A stretch of 64,000 nt of DNA from positions 62,060-126,059 of the forward strand of contig CAMDDU010000003.1 of NCBI GenBank assembly GCA_945892985.1, given 5' to 3'. The stretch comes from Bordetella parapertussis (GTDB lineage Bacteria; Pseudomonadota; Gammaproteobacteria; Burkholderiales; SG8-39). Shown piece by piece: positions 61,937 through 64,000 of the stretch; position 1 is the stretch's first letter, and each line of letters begins with the position of its first letter. Under the pieces are notes generated by a model. That model was not told where the DNA came from and made no database searches. It saw only the letters and a program-made list of their open reading frames with translations. The position numbers and the translations under genes are program-made.

Positions 61937-63034
61937 ATGCCCCGTCCAATACGCGCAAGCTTTAATTTGTCGTCCTTCGGTCACAATCTGGCCGTGGTGC
62001 GCCGGTGCGCGCCGCGAGCCCGGATCTGGGCGGTGGTCAAGGCCGGTGGATATGGGCATTCACTTATGCGTGCGGCGCGCTCCATGGCCACGGCCGACGG
62101 CTACGCACTGCTCGATCTGGACGAAGCCGTCAGGTTGCGTGAGTCGGGTACGAAAAAGCCTATTCTTTTACTTGAGGGGCTCTTCGACGAGCGGGATCTT
62201 GCTGTGGCCGCAAGCCATGACCTCACGGTGGTGGTGCATGAGCGGGGGCAGGTTGCGATGCTGGAAAAAGCCGCAGTGTTACGAAAAATCCCGGTTTATC
62301 TGAAGCTGAACAGCGGCATGAACCGGCTTGGGTTTGTCTTGGCTGACGTATCTCGCATGTTCTCGCGCCTGGGCGAGTGTTCCGCGGTGTCGCAGATTAC
62401 GCTCATGAGCCACTTTGCCGATGCGGACGGCACAAGCGGCGTGGATTGGCAGTTGAACGCCCTGGCTGCCGCGACAAAGGATTTTGCCGCTCCGCGCAGC
62501 TTTGCCAATTCGGCTGCCATCCTGCGCCATCCGGCAACGCACGCCGACTGGGTGCGCCCGGGAATAATGCTCTACGGTTGCTCTCCGTTTGCCGATCGGA
62601 GCGCAGCAGATCTCGGGCTCCGGCCGGTCATGACCTTGTCCAGTGAAATCATTGCTGTGCAGCAATTGTGCAAGGGCGACACGGTTGGCTACGGCAGGAC
62701 ATTTAGGGCTGAGCGGTCCATGCGCATTGGTGTGGTGGCCTGCGGCTATGCCGACGGGTATCCGCGACATGCACCAAGCGGCACGCCGATATTGGTGGAT
62801 GGAGCACGAAGCGGGACGGTGGGCAGCGTCTCCATGGACATGTTGTGCGTTGATCTGACCGATCTTCCGGGTGCCGGCATCGGGTCTGGCGTGACGCTGT
62901 GGGGTGAGGGTTTGCCCGCCGACGAAGTTGCCATGGCATCCGGGACGATTAGTTATGAATTACTGTGCGCTCTGGCTGCGCGGGTTCCCCAAATTGAAGT
63001 TCAGTCTGCCGGTAAAAATGATGGCGAAGCCTAA
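61937..63034 (+). CDS. alr: Alanine racemase
   Basis: AVVKAGGYGH, KLNSGMNRLG, RPGIMLYG, GYADGY, SMD, TISYE. Confidence 0.96.
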   Translation: MPRPIRASFNLSSFGHNLAVVRRCAPRARIWAVVKAGGYGHSLMRAARSMATADGYALLDLDEAVRLRESGTKKPILLLEGLFDERDLAVAASHDLTVVVHERGQVAMLEKAAVLRKIPVYLKLNSGMNRLGFVLADVSRMFSRLGECSAVSQITLMSHFADADGTSGVDWQLNALAAATKDFAAPRSFANSAAILRHPATHADWVRPGIMLYGCSPFADRSAADLGLRPVMTLSSEIIAVQQLCKGDTVGYGRTFRAERSMRIGVVACGYADGYPRHAPSGTPILVDGARSGTVGSVSMDMLCVDLTDLPGAGIGSGVTLWGEGLPADEVAMASGTISYELLCALAARVPQIEVQSAGKNDGEA

Positions 63035-64000
63035 GTCTGTCTACAGTTGCACCGAGTGCGGCGCAACCGCACCGAAGTGGCAGGGGCAATGTCCCGGGTG
63101 CGGCGCCTGGAATACATTGGTGGAAAGCGTGGCCGAGTCGGCTGCCAGCACGCAGCACCGTTACAGCGGTCTGGCCAAACCGGCGCAGTTGCAGCCTCTG
63201 TCCGAAGTGCGCGCCAAGGAACTTCCGCGTGTTCCAACCGGAATAGGTGAATTCGACCGGGTTCTGGGGGGCGGACTGGTTGCCGGACAGGTTGTGCTCA
63301 TAGGAGGCGATCCGGGCGTGGGGAAATCGACGCTGCTGCTGCAAGCCCTGGCGCAGATGTCGCAGTCGCAGCACGTGGTTTACGTGAGCGGGGAGGAGTC
63401 AGCCGAACAGATCGCGATGCGCGCTTCTCGACTCGATATCGACGCTGGGAGGCTAGACCTGTTGGCAGAAATCCAGTTGGAGAAAATTTTCTCGGCGCTG
63501 CAGGATGCCAAGCCCCAATTCGCCGTGATCGATTCGATCCAGACCGTCTACTCAGATGCACTGAGCTCGGCACCCGGGTCGGTGGCGCAGGTGCGCGAAT
63601 GTGCCGCGCAACTCACCCGGCTGGCCAAAAGCATTGGCATAACTATCATCCTTGTGGGGCACGTAACCAAAGAGGGCGCGCTTGCCGGGCCGCGTGTGCT
63701 TGAGCATATTGTGGACACCGTGCTTTACTTTGAGGGCGATACCCATCAGAGCTTCCGGCTCATCCGCGCAATCAAGAATCGTTTTGGCGCGGTGAATGAA
63801 CTCGGCGTGTTTGCAATGACGGAAAAGGGGCTGAAGGGGGTTTCCAATCCATCGGCCATTTTTCTATCCCAGCACGCCGAGCCGGTAGCCGGTTCCTGTG
63901 TCCTGGTGACGCAGGAAGGGACACGGCCGCTGTTGGTTGAGGTACAAGCGCTCGTGGATACGGCGCACGCCCCCAATCCACGCCGGCTTTCGGTGGGGCT
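63021..64000 (+). CDS. radA: DNA repair protein RadA/Sms; partial, runs off the window end
   Basis: Not in the ORF track. MAKPKSVYSCTECG...KWQGQCPGCGAWN zinc ribbon, GGDPGVGKST, DSIQT, KNRFG. Confidence 0.96.
   Translation, partial: MAKPKSVYSCTECGATAPKWQGQCPGCGAWNTLVESVAESAASTQHRYSGLAKPAQLQPLSEVRAKELPRVPTGIGEFDRVLGGGLVAGQVVLIGGDPGVGKSTLLLQALAQMSQSQHVVYVSGEESAEQIAMRASRLDIDAGRLDLLAEIQLEKIFSALQDAKPQFAVIDSIQTVYSDALSSAPGSVAQVRECAAQLTRLAKSIGITIILVGHVTKEGALAGPRVLEHIVDTVLYFEGDTHQSFRLIRAIKNRFGAVNELGVFAMTEKGLKGVSNPSAIFLSQHAEPVAGSCVLVTQEGTRPLLVEVQALVDTAHAPNPRRLSVG

Noticed and set aside
63018..63034. alr/radA overlap
   Set aside because: A short overlap between commonly adjacent genes; ordinary translational coupling.

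Overview
GC-rich bacterial chromosome segment, most consistent with a Betaproteobacterium (inferred from the gltX-tRNA-Ala-tRNA-Glu and tsaB-rimI-udg...lplT-alr-radA gene order and three Bug/TctC binding proteins). In order: (1) the 5' part of a catalase-like peroxidase and a small integrase-less integron cassette remnant (two attC sites around a deaminase gene, then a frameshifted GDCCVxC gene); (2) an uncharacterised redox/catabolic neighbourhood (LLM monooxygenase, Gfo/Idh/MocA, two beta-hydroxyacid dehydrogenases, TetR, LVIVD protein, COG0523 GTPase, amidohydrolase, pldA) containing a duplicated REP-like element; (3) DUF47-PiT phosphate transport and a SEC-C/TPR protein fused to a PRMT-like methyltransferase; (4) a divergent 2-aminoethylphosphonate locus (phnCDE-FeADH-phnW / GntR-phnA-phnY-NaPi-HD-DMT); (5) gltX and two tRNAs, then an ~18 kb accessory island (TTT and ABC uptake, enolase-superfamily enzyme, TauD, CoA-transferase, Ltp2-like thiolase plus DUF35, amidohydrolase, orphan antitoxin) ending in an IS21 remnant; (6) a degenerate MlrC, a JmjC protein, paaG-paaI, argD with a candidate unannotated leader-peptide attenuator, and housekeeping genes up to a partial radA. 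All calls come from reading motifs by eye; no searches were run.
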